A stretch of DNA of 64,000 nucleotides from assembly GCA_029555965.1 (NCBI GenBank), contig JAKQHY010000129.1, positions 1,375-65,374 on the forward strand, in the 5' to 3' direction. Made by a program: the position numbers and the translations under genes. The notes under the pieces were generated by a model. The model saw nothing but the letters and a program-made list of their open reading frames with translations, was not told where the DNA came from and searched no databases. Position 1 is the stretch's first letter, and each line of letters opens with the position of its first letter. Origin of the DNA: Chloroflexota bacterium. GTDB taxonomy: Bacteria > Chloroflexota > Anaerolineae > B4-G1 > SLSP01. Below are positions 30,749 to 41,146 of the stretch, piece by piece.

Positions 30749-32464
30749 CTACGGGTTACGCGGCGTGAGACGCACGACCACTTCTTCCAAGTCTAACGCC
30801 CGATAGATTTCGTCCGCCGCCGTCTTTAACACAGCCTCTACATCCAGCGTTTGCCGCATCCGGCCGGTGGACTCCGTCACTAACCGCTCCCGCATCGCCA
30901 AACGTTGCGAGTCTTGATATAAACGGGCGCGTTCCAACGCCACCCCCATTTGTTCCGTGATGCTTTCCATCATCGCAATCTGCTCCGGCGTCCAGGCGCC
31001 GCCCTGCTCTGGCTTACGCAGCCGCACCACTCCCAACACATCGCCGCCTTCACGCAGTCGCACCGGAATCGCCACCGTCTGCGCATCAGACTGTACAACT
31101 TGCCCGGATTGTGCCGCGAGCGCAACCACCGGCAACGCCGCGCCGCTGACCGGGAACGTGCCGTCCCGATCGTCCACGTAGCCAATCTCTCCCTGCATAC
31201 GCAACATTTCCACCCAGGCGCGGTAACTCAATTCGCCATAAGCGCGCCGCTCTGCGGCCACGCTCTCTTGCAACCGCTCAAACAGGCGGGCGTTGCTGAT
31301 TGCCAGGGCCAACTGGTCGGCCAGGGATTGCAGCACGGTCGCGTCCTCCGGTGTAAAGGCAGCGGCCTCCGTGCTTTGCACGTCTAATGCCCCAATAATA
31401 CGCCCGCGTGCACGCAAAGGCAAAGTCAATGCCGAGCGAGTTCCCGGCAGGTCGGGATTGTCAAAAAATACCGCATCCGCCCCCACATCCAACGCAATGC
31501 GAGCTTCCCCCCGCGCGGTCACGTACCCCACCGTCCCGCGCTGTCCCACCTCAAGACGGTGCCCCCGCGCCAACATCCGTTGTCCGCCCTCGGAGGATGC
31601 TGCATGTAATTCCGCCCAGCGCCCGGTCGCGTCAATTAAGAAAATTCCGGCATGATAGAAGCCAAACCGTTCACTGATCAGCGTGACCATGCGCGAAAGC
31701 AGTTCTTCCATGTCCAGTTCCAAAGCCACATAGCGGGCGACGTCCGCGGTCGCCTCCAAGTAGCGCGCGCGGCGCGAAAGATCGCGCGTGCGCTCTTCCA
31801 CACGCTGCTCCAACGAAGCTTGAAGGGCCTGAGATTCCTGGCTTGTCCGCCGCACCTCCGCCAGCGACCGGTCGAAATTGCCTAGCGCCATATAAAAGAG
31901 AAACGTCGTAAAAACCAGCGCGAAGCCGCTGGTAGCCAAAAAGACGAAAGGCGTGATCTCGGTCAAAGGAGCGTTTTTCACCCCCAGGGCCTCGGCGACG
32001 GTCAGCCCAATCCCGACCCCAACGCCCCAGATAGCTACCCCCATCCCCGAACGCCGGCTCAGCGTCATCCCGGCCACCAGCGCGAACAGACCATACAGAC
32101 CAAAAAAGGGGGTGCGCATGCCGCGATCCGAGAGGATCAAGCGAACGGTCAAACCCAATACATGCGCCCAAACAAGCGTCAGCGCCGCTTCACGCACGTT
32201 GCCCCGCCGGGAAAACACCTGGCTTAAGGTAGCGACTACCGCCCCGAACACCCCAAAGGCGATCCAGCCCACAGCCTCACGCAAATAGACCGCATCCTGA
32301 CGTATGAAATACTGCACGCCGGTCAGCCCCACGCCCACAAACAACCCCAATGACAACAGCAGCAGCACTGCCACACCCTGGCTGAGTGCAGTGGCCTGAC
32401 GGCTTTTGTCGGCGTCATCGGTAAATATCGGCGGTCGCAAGAAAGCTTTGATGCTGGTAAACAT
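30749..32464 (-). CDS. Multi-TM membrane sensor + S-helix + GAF + split-GAF module (member 13)
   Basis: About 6 TMs; LEQRVEERTRDLSRRARYLE; GAF FYHAGIFL...AASSEGG; tail. Confidence 0.9.
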   Translation of the reverse strand: MFTSIKAFLRPPIFTDDADKSRQATALSQGVAVLLLLSLGLFVGVGLTGVQYFIRQDAVYLREAVGWIAFGVFGAVVATLSQVFSRRGNVREAALTLVWAHVLGLTVRLILSDRGMRTPFFGLYGLFALVAGMTLSRRSGMGVAIWGVGVGIGLTVAEALGVKNAPLTEITPFVFLATSGFALVFTTFLFYMALGNFDRSLAEVRRTSQESQALQASLEQRVEERTRDLSRRARYLEATADVARYVALELDMEELLSRMVTLISERFGFYHAGIFLIDATGRWAELHAASSEGGQRMLARGHRLEVGQRGTVGYVTARGEARIALDVGADAVFFDNPDLPGTRSALTLPLRARGRIIGALDVQSTEAAAFTPEDATVLQSLADQLALAISNARLFERLQESVAAERRAYGELSYRAWVEMLRMQGEIGYVDDRDGTFPVSGAALPVVALAAQSGQVVQSDAQTVAIPVRLREGGDVLGVVRLRKPEQGGAWTPEQIAMMESITEQMGVALERARLYQDSQRLAMRERLVTESTGRMRQTLDVEAVLKTAADEIYRALDLEEVVVRLTPRNP

Positions 32465-32488
32465 ACTGCTGCTCCTAAAAATCAGGGA

Positions 32489-34840
32489 TTAGGATTCAGA
32501 GATAGGGGGAGCGGATACCGGCAAGCCTTGCGCCTCCACCCCTACTCCGAGCCGCACTTCAGCCTCGCTCAACCCAAGGAGGGCGCGCATTTCCTGCACG
32601 GTAGTCTGGAGTACCGTCTCTACGTTCAAGGAAGCCCGGATGCGACTGGAAATGTCGCTCATCAACCGCTGGCGCACGGCGCGTTCCTGGGCGTCTTCAT
32701 AAAGCCGCGCATTCTCCATCGCCACCCCCAACTGCGTCGTCAATACCTGCAATTGCGCCATTTCTTCCGGCGTCCACTCTCCAAAGTTCGCCGGTTTCGC
32801 CACATCCATCACCCCAATGATCTCACCGCGCGAGATAATAGGGAGCGCCAATGATTGTTCGTGCAACGGCTCGGCTTCATCCGGCCGCCCCATAGCCGGC
32901 GTCCCCGCCATCCAGGCCTCCTGCGCCTCAACCTGCCAGGTCTCCGGTTCGGCCGGCGCCAATTTGACCACGCCGGCTACACCCGCCTCATACCCGGCGC
33001 CGGTAAGTTCCCGCGTGCGCATCAATTCTTCCCAGGCCGCGCGTGTCGCTTCACCATAAGCGCGCTGCAAACGCACCGTAGCTTCCTGTCGTTCGAGGAA
33101 CAAACGGATACTGTCTATTGCGACCGCTATCTGATCGGCAATGGTCTGCAACACGATGCGCATTTCATCATCGAAGGTCTCGGTATGATAGCTCAAGGCC
33201 CAAAATACTCCCAGGATTTCACCACGCGAGCGCAATGGCAGGGCCACTTCAGCGCGTGCGTAGGGCAACTCAGGTGCCGCCTCCGCGCGCTCCATCGCCA
33301 GCTCCAGGTTCCAATGAGACACGCCATCCGCTAGGGACGCCCCCACCACGCCATCACCGGGCGACACACGATACCCACGAGCCAACAATGTTGCGCCAGC
33401 TTCCCCTGTACCGGCCTGCAATATCGCCCATGTCCGCGACTCATTGACCAGGAACAATCCCACAAAGTACAATCCAAATCGTTCCCGGATAAGTTCGGTC
33501 ACTTGAGACGCCAGATTGCCAATATTCAACGTGGCAGAGGTCAACTGCCCGACCGCGGCGGCAGCCTCCAGATCGCGCAGCCGCCGCGCCTGCTCCCGCG
33601 TTCGTTCGTCCGTGCGCCGCGCGGCAGTGGCCAGCAAAGCGCGCTTTTCGGCCAACAGCCGATTGATGCCCTCTGCCACCATCCCTAAATTATCCGGGGC
33701 GTATACCCAGGCGAGGACATTCTGATCTCCGGCAGCTTCTTGTTGTAAAATCTGCACAAGCTGTTGTACGGGTGTTTCGACGCTGCGCGCCGCCCACCAG
33801 CCAAGGCCCGATGCCCCGCCCATCAGCAACAATGGCAATAGCACGCCAACCCACACCATTTGTCGCAGTTCACGTTGAATGACCCGCGTAGTCTGATAAG
33901 CCATCAACGACCAATGCAGCGACCTGATTGCAGCAGCAGTTTCAGTGTCAGCAGTGGTGAGAGACTCCAGGCGTAGCACAGCGCCCAGCGCCTTTTCACC
34001 GTTCGCCAGCGCCAGCGGCTGCGCGCCGCCTCGCTGGCTGACCGAGGCCACCCAGGCCGTAGTCACTCCCCCGGTCACGGTCGCGGGCGTTTCCGCAATG
34101 GGCGCGTAAGCCGCATCAAACAGCATGTACCAGCGATTCTCAGCAGTCACCGTTTCAACTATTTGCCGCAATGGCGCCGGGTCAAAAGTGGCATGAACAA
34201 AGCCGATCAAGGCCCCATCTGCCGCATACATTGGCATGGACATCATAAGCAGCGTTGTCCCTCCGCGCGAGTACCACATAATCGCCAACTGCCCCGCCCC
34301 CTCCGCATACGCCGCCGGCCACCACACCGTGTCCCGTTGCTGGTAGGCCTCCGGACGGGCCGTAGCCGCCAGCGTATCCCCATAACGATCCACGACCAAC
34401 AACATCGTCAACGCCGGATAGTCCTGCACATAGGTTTGCAGCGACGCCACCAGTGAATTCACCTCAGGGGATAGGATTTGCTGCACCGATTCGCTATCAT
34501 CTGGCGCTCGATGCCATTCTGCCGCCAGCGCCGAGGATACCGTCGGATTGTGATTGGCGCTAGAGAAGGCGGCTGCCGTCGTCACGGCCCGATCCAGGGA
34601 TACATGACGCACAACGGCGATTTGCTCCGCCAGCAGCGCGTTCACCCGTTCCGTCTGCCGAACGACATCCTGGTGCAAGGCAGCGTGGGTTTTCTCCTGG
34701 ATACGGTCGTAGGCCACCTTCACCAGGACATAACTGCCGCCGCCCATGCCCACCAGAATGATCAGGCCGATGAAAAAGAAGATTTTATAGAAGATGGGCC
34801 AGCGAGCAAACCCAAACCAGCGATTCTCACGTTGTTTCAT
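32489..34840 (-). CDS. Sensor with dCache_1, HAMP-like linker, GAF, split-GAF module (member 14)
   Basis: TM-dCache (YQQRDTVWW)-TM; degenerate HAMP; GAF YFVGLFL...AGTG; tail. Confidence 0.87.
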   Translation of the reverse strand: MKQRENRWFGFARWPIFYKIFFFIGLIILVGMGGGSYVLVKVAYDRIQEKTHAALHQDVVRQTERVNALLAEQIAVVRHVSLDRAVTTAAAFSSANHNPTVSSALAAEWHRAPDDSESVQQILSPEVNSLVASLQTYVQDYPALTMLLVVDRYGDTLAATARPEAYQQRDTVWWPAAYAEGAGQLAIMWYSRGGTTLLMMSMPMYAADGALIGFVHATFDPAPLRQIVETVTAENRWYMLFDAAYAPIAETPATVTGGVTTAWVASVSQRGGAQPLALANGEKALGAVLRLESLTTADTETAAAIRSLHWSLMAYQTTRVIQRELRQMVWVGVLLPLLLMGGASGLGWWAARSVETPVQQLVQILQQEAAGDQNVLAWVYAPDNLGMVAEGINRLLAEKRALLATAARRTDERTREQARRLRDLEAAAAVGQLTSATLNIGNLASQVTELIRERFGLYFVGLFLVNESRTWAILQAGTGEAGATLLARGYRVSPGDGVVGASLADGVSHWNLELAMERAEAAPELPYARAEVALPLRSRGEILGVFWALSYHTETFDDEMRIVLQTIADQIAVAIDSIRLFLERQEATVRLQRAYGEATRAAWEELMRTRELTGAGYEAGVAGVVKLAPAEPETWQVEAQEAWMAGTPAMGRPDEAEPLHEQSLALPIISRGEIIGVMDVAKPANFGEWTPEEMAQLQVLTTQLGVAMENARLYEDAQERAVRQRLMSDISSRIRASLNVETVLQTTVQEMRALLGLSEAEVRLGVGVEAQGLPVSAPPISES

Positions 34841-34845
34841 CTCTA

Positions 34846-37659
34846 TCAGCCTTCATCTGCTTCTTGTGACCGGGTCGCCAGTCGAATCGTGACCCGCGAC
34901 AGGTCCATCACTTCACGAATCTGGGCGGCGGCCGTTTTGAGGACGGCGTCCACATCCAGATTCTCCCGCATTTGAGCGATCACCCGTCCCACCAACTGCT
35001 CGCGTTCAGCCGTGCTACGGGTTGCTTGCAACAAACGCGCGCTCTCCAATGAAATTGCCAGGCGATCTGAAATCTGATTCACCCATTCCACCGTTTCGGG
35101 GGGCACCTCGCCCTCCTCAAAGCGCAAATCCAACACGCCGAGAAGCTGATTGCGCAGTCGAATGGGCACGGCCAGCGCACTACGTATTCCGGGCGTCCCC
35201 GTCAAGGGCAGTAAGACCGCCTCATTATGTTCCCAGGCGCGTTGCGCCTCCGGATACTTTTCGGTAAGGGGTTCCACAGTCACTTGCCGGTACCGATACC
35301 CCAATTGCTGGGCGGCGTGCCGCACATACTCGCGCCACGACTCGGCTGTATAACGCCCGGAAGCGATCTCCAATTCATAGCGGCTCTGGGTCATCTGTTC
35401 CAACAACCGCACGTTTTCAATGGCATTGGCTAATTGATCGGCCATCGTCTGGAGTGTTAACAGATCGTCCTCGGAGAACACACCCGGTTCGGCGGATTGG
35501 ATGCTCATGGCGCCCGTGACGCGCTCCCGACTTAGCAATGGGAGGACCGCCTCAGAACGGGTGTCCGGCAGAAGCGGATGGGCCAAATAAGGGGATTCTT
35601 GTTGGGCAACATCCGACACCACCTGCGCCTGCCCCGTTATGACGCAAGTACCGACCAACGACGAAGCGCTTACAGGCAACCGGTAGCCCTGCGCCAACAG
35701 ACGCCCCTCGCCGGCGCCGGCGTCCGCACTTAACACCGCCCACTGGCGGGCCTCATCCACCAGGAAGATCCCGACATAGTACAATTTAAAATGGTCATAA
35801 ATCAACTCTGCCGCCCGAGGCAGCAACTCGCTCAAGTGCGTCAACGATGTAGCCGTTTGTGAAAGTTCCGCAGCCCCGCTCAACAAGTGAGCGCGCCGTT
35901 GCACATCCATCAACAGTCGTTCCACGTCACGTTGCACCATCTGCTGCTGCTCGATCAACAGAGAGCGGAAAATAGCCCCACTCAGTTGGCTGCCCAATTG
36001 ATCATAAAGCCAGGTCGGGTGAGCCTCGTGTTTCAACAAGACAAACCCCAAATGGCGCTCCCGCATCAACAAAGGCATAATGACAACAGTGGTGCGTTCC
36101 GCGCGCGGCCAGAGATTCTCCGGCAGCAAGTGGGAAACCGGATAGGAGGCTGAATCCGCATAAAACTGGGCGGCGCCGTTCTCATAGCTCAACAGCAACC
36201 GCGCGCGGGACATAAGTTCCGCGTCATCCCCAGCATAGAGCGCCACATGGCAAACTTCTATGTGCAGACCTGGTAAATAATGGGTTAACGCTGCGGGCAA
36301 ATCAGGCAACGCCAATACCGCGTTCATAGCCTTATCCAGCGCCTGAGAATTTGCCGCATAGCCGCGGTCATCCTGACGCAGCCGGTTGCTTAGGCGGATG
36401 GCCGCTTCACTGACCAGGATCCGCGCTTGTTGGATGAGCGTTTCGAGCCGCATCACCAACGCGGCGCCGAAAAAATCCGGGCGAGCGGCGCGCTGCCGCA
36501 CCCCATACAACATCGCCGCGTGACGCAACGAAGACAGGACCTCCTGCCAGCGTTCCATCTCGCCACGCTCATAGTAGGTCTTGGATAGCAGTTGGTCAAA
36601 GGCGATCAGGAATTTCCCCTCCAGGGTGCCTTCCAACTCGTCCACCATAGCGTACCATAACACTTCCGGCACGTCCTTCGGAACGGTTTCCCGGGATATC
36701 ATCAAGACTTCTTTGCCGGCATACGCGCCGATTTCAAGCTGAGCCTGGCGCACCGCCAGCGGCAGACAGCCGCATGAGCGGCGCACGATCAACTGTGAGG
36801 GGATCATCTGGACAGGAGGCGCCGTCTCACCATGGATCTGCCGTAGTACCGTCTCCATCATCAATTGCGCCATCTGACAGAACGGTTGACGCACTGTCGT
36901 CAAGGGCACACTCAAGTTGCGCGCAACCTGCGCGTCATCGAACCCGACCACCGCCACGTCTTCCGGGGTTCGCAAGCCGTGCGCTGCCAGCAATTCCAGG
37001 GTGGCAATCGCGCTAACGTCGTTGGAGGCGACGATAGCATCCACAATCTCACCTTTCTGGAGCCATTCCGCAACCGCCGCCTGAGAACCCGGTCCGGCAA
37101 AATCGCCAAACACAATCAGGTTCTCATCCAGGGGAATGGCGTGCGCGGCTAACGCCTCCTCATACGCCTGATAGCGCGCTTCGGCTTCCGGTTGACCCAC
37201 CGGGCCGCGGATGAAGGCTATCCGGCGGTGTCCGTGCTCGACAATCAAATGCTCGATCATCTGGCGCATCCCCACCCGGTTATCGCACAAAATCTGTGGG
37301 ATTCCCTCTGCACCAAAAGCGCCGCTAACCAACGGCGTGCCCGTAAACCGGGCGCAGAAAGCGCGCAAGAGCGCGGGATCGCAAGCGTGGGCCAGGGAAG
37401 GGCTGATGATCAACCCATCCACGCAATCGGCTGAGATCAAATCGTAAATCACGTTTTGCGGGTAGCTCTCACGCAGGTCGCCGCCGACAAAACACAGCAG
37501 GTCCACCCCCAGCTTTTGGGCCACCCCGTGCATGTCGGCCACCAGAGCGCTTTGGTAATCATCCTGGAGCCAGGAAAGCAGCAAGCCCACCACCGGGCGG
37601 GGACGCCCCCCCCCTGCGGACGATGCCGTTACCGGCATTTCTCTCTTTTTAGCGGCCAT
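34846..37659 (-). CDS. Cytoplasmic LacI-type (class I periplasmic-binding fold) sugar-binding sensor + GAF(s) + split-GAF module (member 15)
   Basis: DNRVGMRQMIEHLIVEHGHRRIAFIRGP...ASNDVSA...DVAVVGFDD...LTTVRQP is the LacI/GalR effector domain. No HTH, no signal peptide. Confidence 0.9.
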   Translation of the reverse strand: MAAKKREMPVTASSAGGGRPRPVVGLLLSWLQDDYQSALVADMHGVAQKLGVDLLCFVGGDLRESYPQNVIYDLISADCVDGLIISPSLAHACDPALLRAFCARFTGTPLVSGAFGAEGIPQILCDNRVGMRQMIEHLIVEHGHRRIAFIRGPVGQPEAEARYQAYEEALAAHAIPLDENLIVFGDFAGPGSQAAVAEWLQKGEIVDAIVASNDVSAIATLELLAAHGLRTPEDVAVVGFDDAQVARNLSVPLTTVRQPFCQMAQLMMETVLRQIHGETAPPVQMIPSQLIVRRSCGCLPLAVRQAQLEIGAYAGKEVLMISRETVPKDVPEVLWYAMVDELEGTLEGKFLIAFDQLLSKTYYERGEMERWQEVLSSLRHAAMLYGVRQRAARPDFFGAALVMRLETLIQQARILVSEAAIRLSNRLRQDDRGYAANSQALDKAMNAVLALPDLPAALTHYLPGLHIEVCHVALYAGDDAELMSRARLLLSYENGAAQFYADSASYPVSHLLPENLWPRAERTTVVIMPLLMRERHLGFVLLKHEAHPTWLYDQLGSQLSGAIFRSLLIEQQQMVQRDVERLLMDVQRRAHLLSGAAELSQTATSLTHLSELLPRAAELIYDHFKLYYVGIFLVDEARQWAVLSADAGAGEGRLLAQGYRLPVSASSLVGTCVITGQAQVVSDVAQQESPYLAHPLLPDTRSEAVLPLLSRERVTGAMSIQSAEPGVFSEDDLLTLQTMADQLANAIENVRLLEQMTQSRYELEIASGRYTAESWREYVRHAAQQLGYRYRQVTVEPLTEKYPEAQRAWEHNEAVLLPLTGTPGIRSALAVPIRLRNQLLGVLDLRFEEGEVPPETVEWVNQISDRLAISLESARLLQATRSTAEREQLVGRVIAQMRENLDVDAVLKTAAAQIREVMDLSRVTIRLATRSQEADEG

Positions 37660-37691
37660 AGGTTTGCCTCATCCTGTACTCCATTTTTTTG

Positions 37692-38921
37692 CTATTCGCG
37701 GTTGGGCCTAGGCCCAATATCCTCGGCAATGGTCTGGGGCGCATCAATGTGAACCGCTACCTCCGCCACGCCCGGCAGTCGCCCCAACTCGCGCACGGCC
37801 GCTTGCAACATCGTTTCCATATTCACGGCCCCCGAAAAGACCCGCGACACATCACTGAGTTGCTGCTGGTAAGTCGCGCGCTGCCGGCTGTCCGTCAACA
37901 ACTGCGCATTATCCAGCGCCAGACCGGCCTGCACGCCGATTTCCTCCACCAGCGCCACCTCCTCATCGGACCAGGGAAGCTGCACCGGGTCTCGTTCCAG
38001 CGTAATCGAACCGATCACATGGTCTCGCAAGAAAATGGGGATGACCAACTGATGCGATGTAACGACGTGCCGCCCATCCATCCCCTCCGGCACGCCCTCC
38101 TCCCACACGCGCGCGACGTTCAGACCATCATACGTATACGTGCGCGTCCCCACACGACTGCGCCACATCTCCCCCATCTGCTCCCGGTAGAGCATTTCCA
38201 GGCGTTCAACCGTGCGCCGGTTCTCCTCGAACAAGCGCGCGCCCTGAATTGCCAGGGCTAACTGGTCGGCCATCGTCTGCAAAATTTCAACATCTTCCTG
38301 GCTAAAGGCGTGAGGTTCGGTGGACTGCACATCCAGCACGCCAATAACCTGCTCGCGGATCTTCAAAGGCAGGGCCATCTCCGAGCGCGTTTCAGGCAAT
38401 TCCAATGTACTGGTCCAGGTGGGGTCTTCGCCGACATTCAATGCAATCCGCGCCTCACCACGCGCAGCCACGTAGCCCACCATCCCTTGCTCGGCCACCC
38501 GCAGTTTGTGGCCCCGCGCCAACATGCGCCGCCCCCCCTCGGAGGAAGCCGCCTGCATCACAGCGAAATCACCGGCGTCGTCCAACAAAAAAATTCCGGC
38601 GTGATAAAAGTCAAATTGCTGCGAAATCAACGCCACCAACGTCTGCATCAATTCGTCCAAGTCACGAATGGCCGCGGCATCCCGCGCCACCAACGCCGCG
38701 GCCCGGAAACGCGCCATACGCTGGGCGAACATCTCGGCCTGCCGCGCTAATTGCCGCTGCCCCGCCATCTGCGTGTTCGTCAACCCATCTATGCGCCGTT
38801 CCAACATGCGATGGTTGATTAACAAATTCTGGATGCGATGCCGCTGCCGCAGGATTATCCCCACAGTCACCACGATCAACACTACGAATACACCGATCGC
38901 CGCTAACCACATCCACGTCAT
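37692..38921 (-). CDS. Single-TM anchor + coiled coil + GAF + split-GAF module (member 16)
   Basis: N-terminal TM at residues 3-24; GAF; divergent tail (RATYQQQL). Confidence 0.88.
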   Translation of the reverse strand: MTWMWLAAIGVFVVLIVVTVGIILRQRHRIQNLLINHRMLERRIDGLTNTQMAGQRQLARQAEMFAQRMARFRAAALVARDAAAIRDLDELMQTLVALISQQFDFYHAGIFLLDDAGDFAVMQAASSEGGRRMLARGHKLRVAEQGMVGYVAARGEARIALNVGEDPTWTSTLELPETRSEMALPLKIREQVIGVLDVQSTEPHAFSQEDVEILQTMADQLALAIQGARLFEENRRTVERLEMLYREQMGEMWRSRVGTRTYTYDGLNVARVWEEGVPEGMDGRHVVTSHQLVIPIFLRDHVIGSITLERDPVQLPWSDEEVALVEEIGVQAGLALDNAQLLTDSRQRATYQQQLSDVSRVFSGAVNMETMLQAAVRELGRLPGVAEVAVHIDAPQTIAEDIGPRPNRE

Positions 38922-41146
38922 GGCTGGGCCTGCCTTTCGCTTTTGGTGGCCGGCAGCTCCACCGCAGTGGAGGCCCAGGAGGAAGGGCCACTCAGGTGAA
39001 TCTTACCGGTCGCGTGCAGCAGCCGCCCCAGCTCACGGATGGTGGTTTGCAAAACCACATCTATATCTGTGGCCGCGCCCCGAATCCGCGCGGCCAGGTC
39101 GCCGGTCAACCGCTCGCGGGCTACGCGCTCCCGTGACTCATCCAACAGCCGCACATTGTCCAATGCCAGTCCCACCTGATCGCATGTCGCTTCTACCAGG
39201 GCCAGGTCTGCCTCAGACCAGGGGGGCGCATCGGCAGATTGCTGCAACACCAACGAACCCAAAATGTGATCTCGCATCCGAATAGGCGCCACCAGGCGGC
39301 GCTGATCCCCCTCGGTTAGCACGGTGACGCGCTCCTGCGGCGTGACCGTGAATTTTTGCAGCGTGCGCCCCGACGCGGTTTCCACGCGCACACCGGTATA
39401 ATGATAAGCGGCCAGCTCCCGAGAAAGCCGCGCCTGCCAGGCAGTGTGAATCTGCTCGCCATACCGTCGCTCCAATTCCCGCACGGCGAACTCACTCTCC
39501 CGCAGCAATCGCGCATTCTGAATCGCCAGCGCCACCTGTTCGGCCATTGTCTGTAAGACGACCACATCCTCATTCGTAAAGGCCGCAGCCTGTTCCGATT
39601 GCACGTCCAACACCCCAATGACCCGGCTGCGCGCCGTCAGCGGCAGCGCCATTTCGGAGCGCGTCGCCGGAATGTCTGGGTTAGCCACAAACGCGCCGTC
39701 AGCATCTACATCCAGAGCGATGCGGGGCTGGCCGGTGCGCGCCACCGCGCCGACAATACCCTGGCCGAGTTTAAGCCGGTGCCCCCGCGCCAACATCCGC
39801 CGGCCGCCCTCTGAAGAAACGGCCCGCAAAACAGCATATTCTTCGGCCTCGTCCAACAAAAAGATACCGACGTGAGCGACTTCCAGGTGCCTCGGAATCA
39901 ATCGCGCCGTTTCATCCAGCAATTGATCGACATCGTAGATGGCCGAGACGGCGCTGGCGACACGCGCCGCCGCTTCGAGCTGGCGCGAGCGTTTTTCAAG
40001 GGCCTGGGTGCGCACTTGCACTTGCCGCTCCAGTTCAGCATACGAGGTCCGCAATTGCGTGGTCATTTGATTGAAGGTCTGCGCAAATATGCCCAACTCA
40101 TCCTGCGTGACCACCGGAACCTGCCGATCCAACCGCCCCTGCGTAACCTCGTGGGCCACCTCGGTCAAAACGCGCAAGGGGCGCACCCCCTGCCGCATCA
40201 GGAAAAAGGCGCCCACCAAGAACAGCACGGACACCGCCGTCCCGGCCACCAACACGTTCATCGCCAAACTCCGCGCCGGCGTTAAAATCGCATACTCTTC
40301 GTCCACCTCGGCCAGCAAACCCAGATCATGTTCATCAATCCAGTGATAAACGCCCACCACGGAACGCCCCTCATAATTCGGGTAGACCGCCTGACCGTCC
40401 TGCTGCGCCGTGACCGCGCGCACTCCGACAGTCGGGGTCTCCAGGTCCGCCCCGGCCGCCAGCAGCGCTCGCGGCGCCATAATGAAGTCGCCATCGCCAT
40501 CCACCAGGAAGGCCTCGCTGCGAGCGCCCAGGCCAGGGCTTTCCAGGATGATTTGCTGCATCCGCTCCAAATTCAAGTGCGCCGCCAACACCCCGATACG
40601 TTCCCCCGCAGGGTCGAACAGGGGAGTGGCGACAGTGATCGTCGGATCGCCATCCTCTAGGAGGTAAATATTCTGCACATAGATGCGCAAGCGACCTTGA
40701 ATGAAATATTCGGCCTCGGCATAGGACTGTCCTTCACGCGCCGGGTTGGTGGAGATCAGCACCTGGCCGTCCGGCTCGGCAAGCACGAAAATTTCCCGAA
40801 ATCCGGCGCGCTGCGTGACTGCCGTTCGCAAATAAGCCCTAAATGCGGGATAAATAGCCTCCCGCGCCGTTTCCCCCTGAAGCAGTTGCGTGGCCCACTG
40901 GCGCACCGGAACCTGCCCGGCCATCCATGTGATATTCTGCCGTTGATCCGTCACCCAACGTTGCAATTCATCTTCCTTCAGTGTCACCACCGATTCCAGG
41001 CGATTGAAGACCGAGGTAGTGAGGTTACGTTGCGCCAAAGTGTAGGCCAAATATCCCATCAAGCTGATGGTCAACAATAGCAACAGCATGACATAAACGA
41101 GGACCCGGTTGACCAGGCTTTTCGTGACGAAGGACCAGAACCTCAT
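38918..41146 (-). CDS. Sensor with dCache_1, HAMP, GAF, split-GAF module (member 17)
   Basis: AEYFIQG dCache; HAMP QDELGIFAQTFNQM; GAF; tail. ATGA overlap. Confidence 0.9.
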   Translation of the reverse strand: MRFWSFVTKSLVNRVLVYVMLLLLLTISLMGYLAYTLAQRNLTTSVFNRLESVVTLKEDELQRWVTDQRQNITWMAGQVPVRQWATQLLQGETAREAIYPAFRAYLRTAVTQRAGFREIFVLAEPDGQVLISTNPAREGQSYAEAEYFIQGRLRIYVQNIYLLEDGDPTITVATPLFDPAGERIGVLAAHLNLERMQQIILESPGLGARSEAFLVDGDGDFIMAPRALLAAGADLETPTVGVRAVTAQQDGQAVYPNYEGRSVVGVYHWIDEHDLGLLAEVDEEYAILTPARSLAMNVLVAGTAVSVLFLVGAFFLMRQGVRPLRVLTEVAHEVTQGRLDRQVPVVTQDELGIFAQTFNQMTTQLRTSYAELERQVQVRTQALEKRSRQLEAAARVASAVSAIYDVDQLLDETARLIPRHLEVAHVGIFLLDEAEEYAVLRAVSSEGGRRMLARGHRLKLGQGIVGAVARTGQPRIALDVDADGAFVANPDIPATRSEMALPLTARSRVIGVLDVQSEQAAAFTNEDVVVLQTMAEQVALAIQNARLLRESEFAVRELERRYGEQIHTAWQARLSRELAAYHYTGVRVETASGRTLQKFTVTPQERVTVLTEGDQRRLVAPIRMRDHILGSLVLQQSADAPPWSEADLALVEATCDQVGLALDNVRLLDESRERVARERLTGDLAARIRGAATDIDVVLQTTIRELGRLLHATGKIHLSGPSSWASTAVELPATKSERQAQP

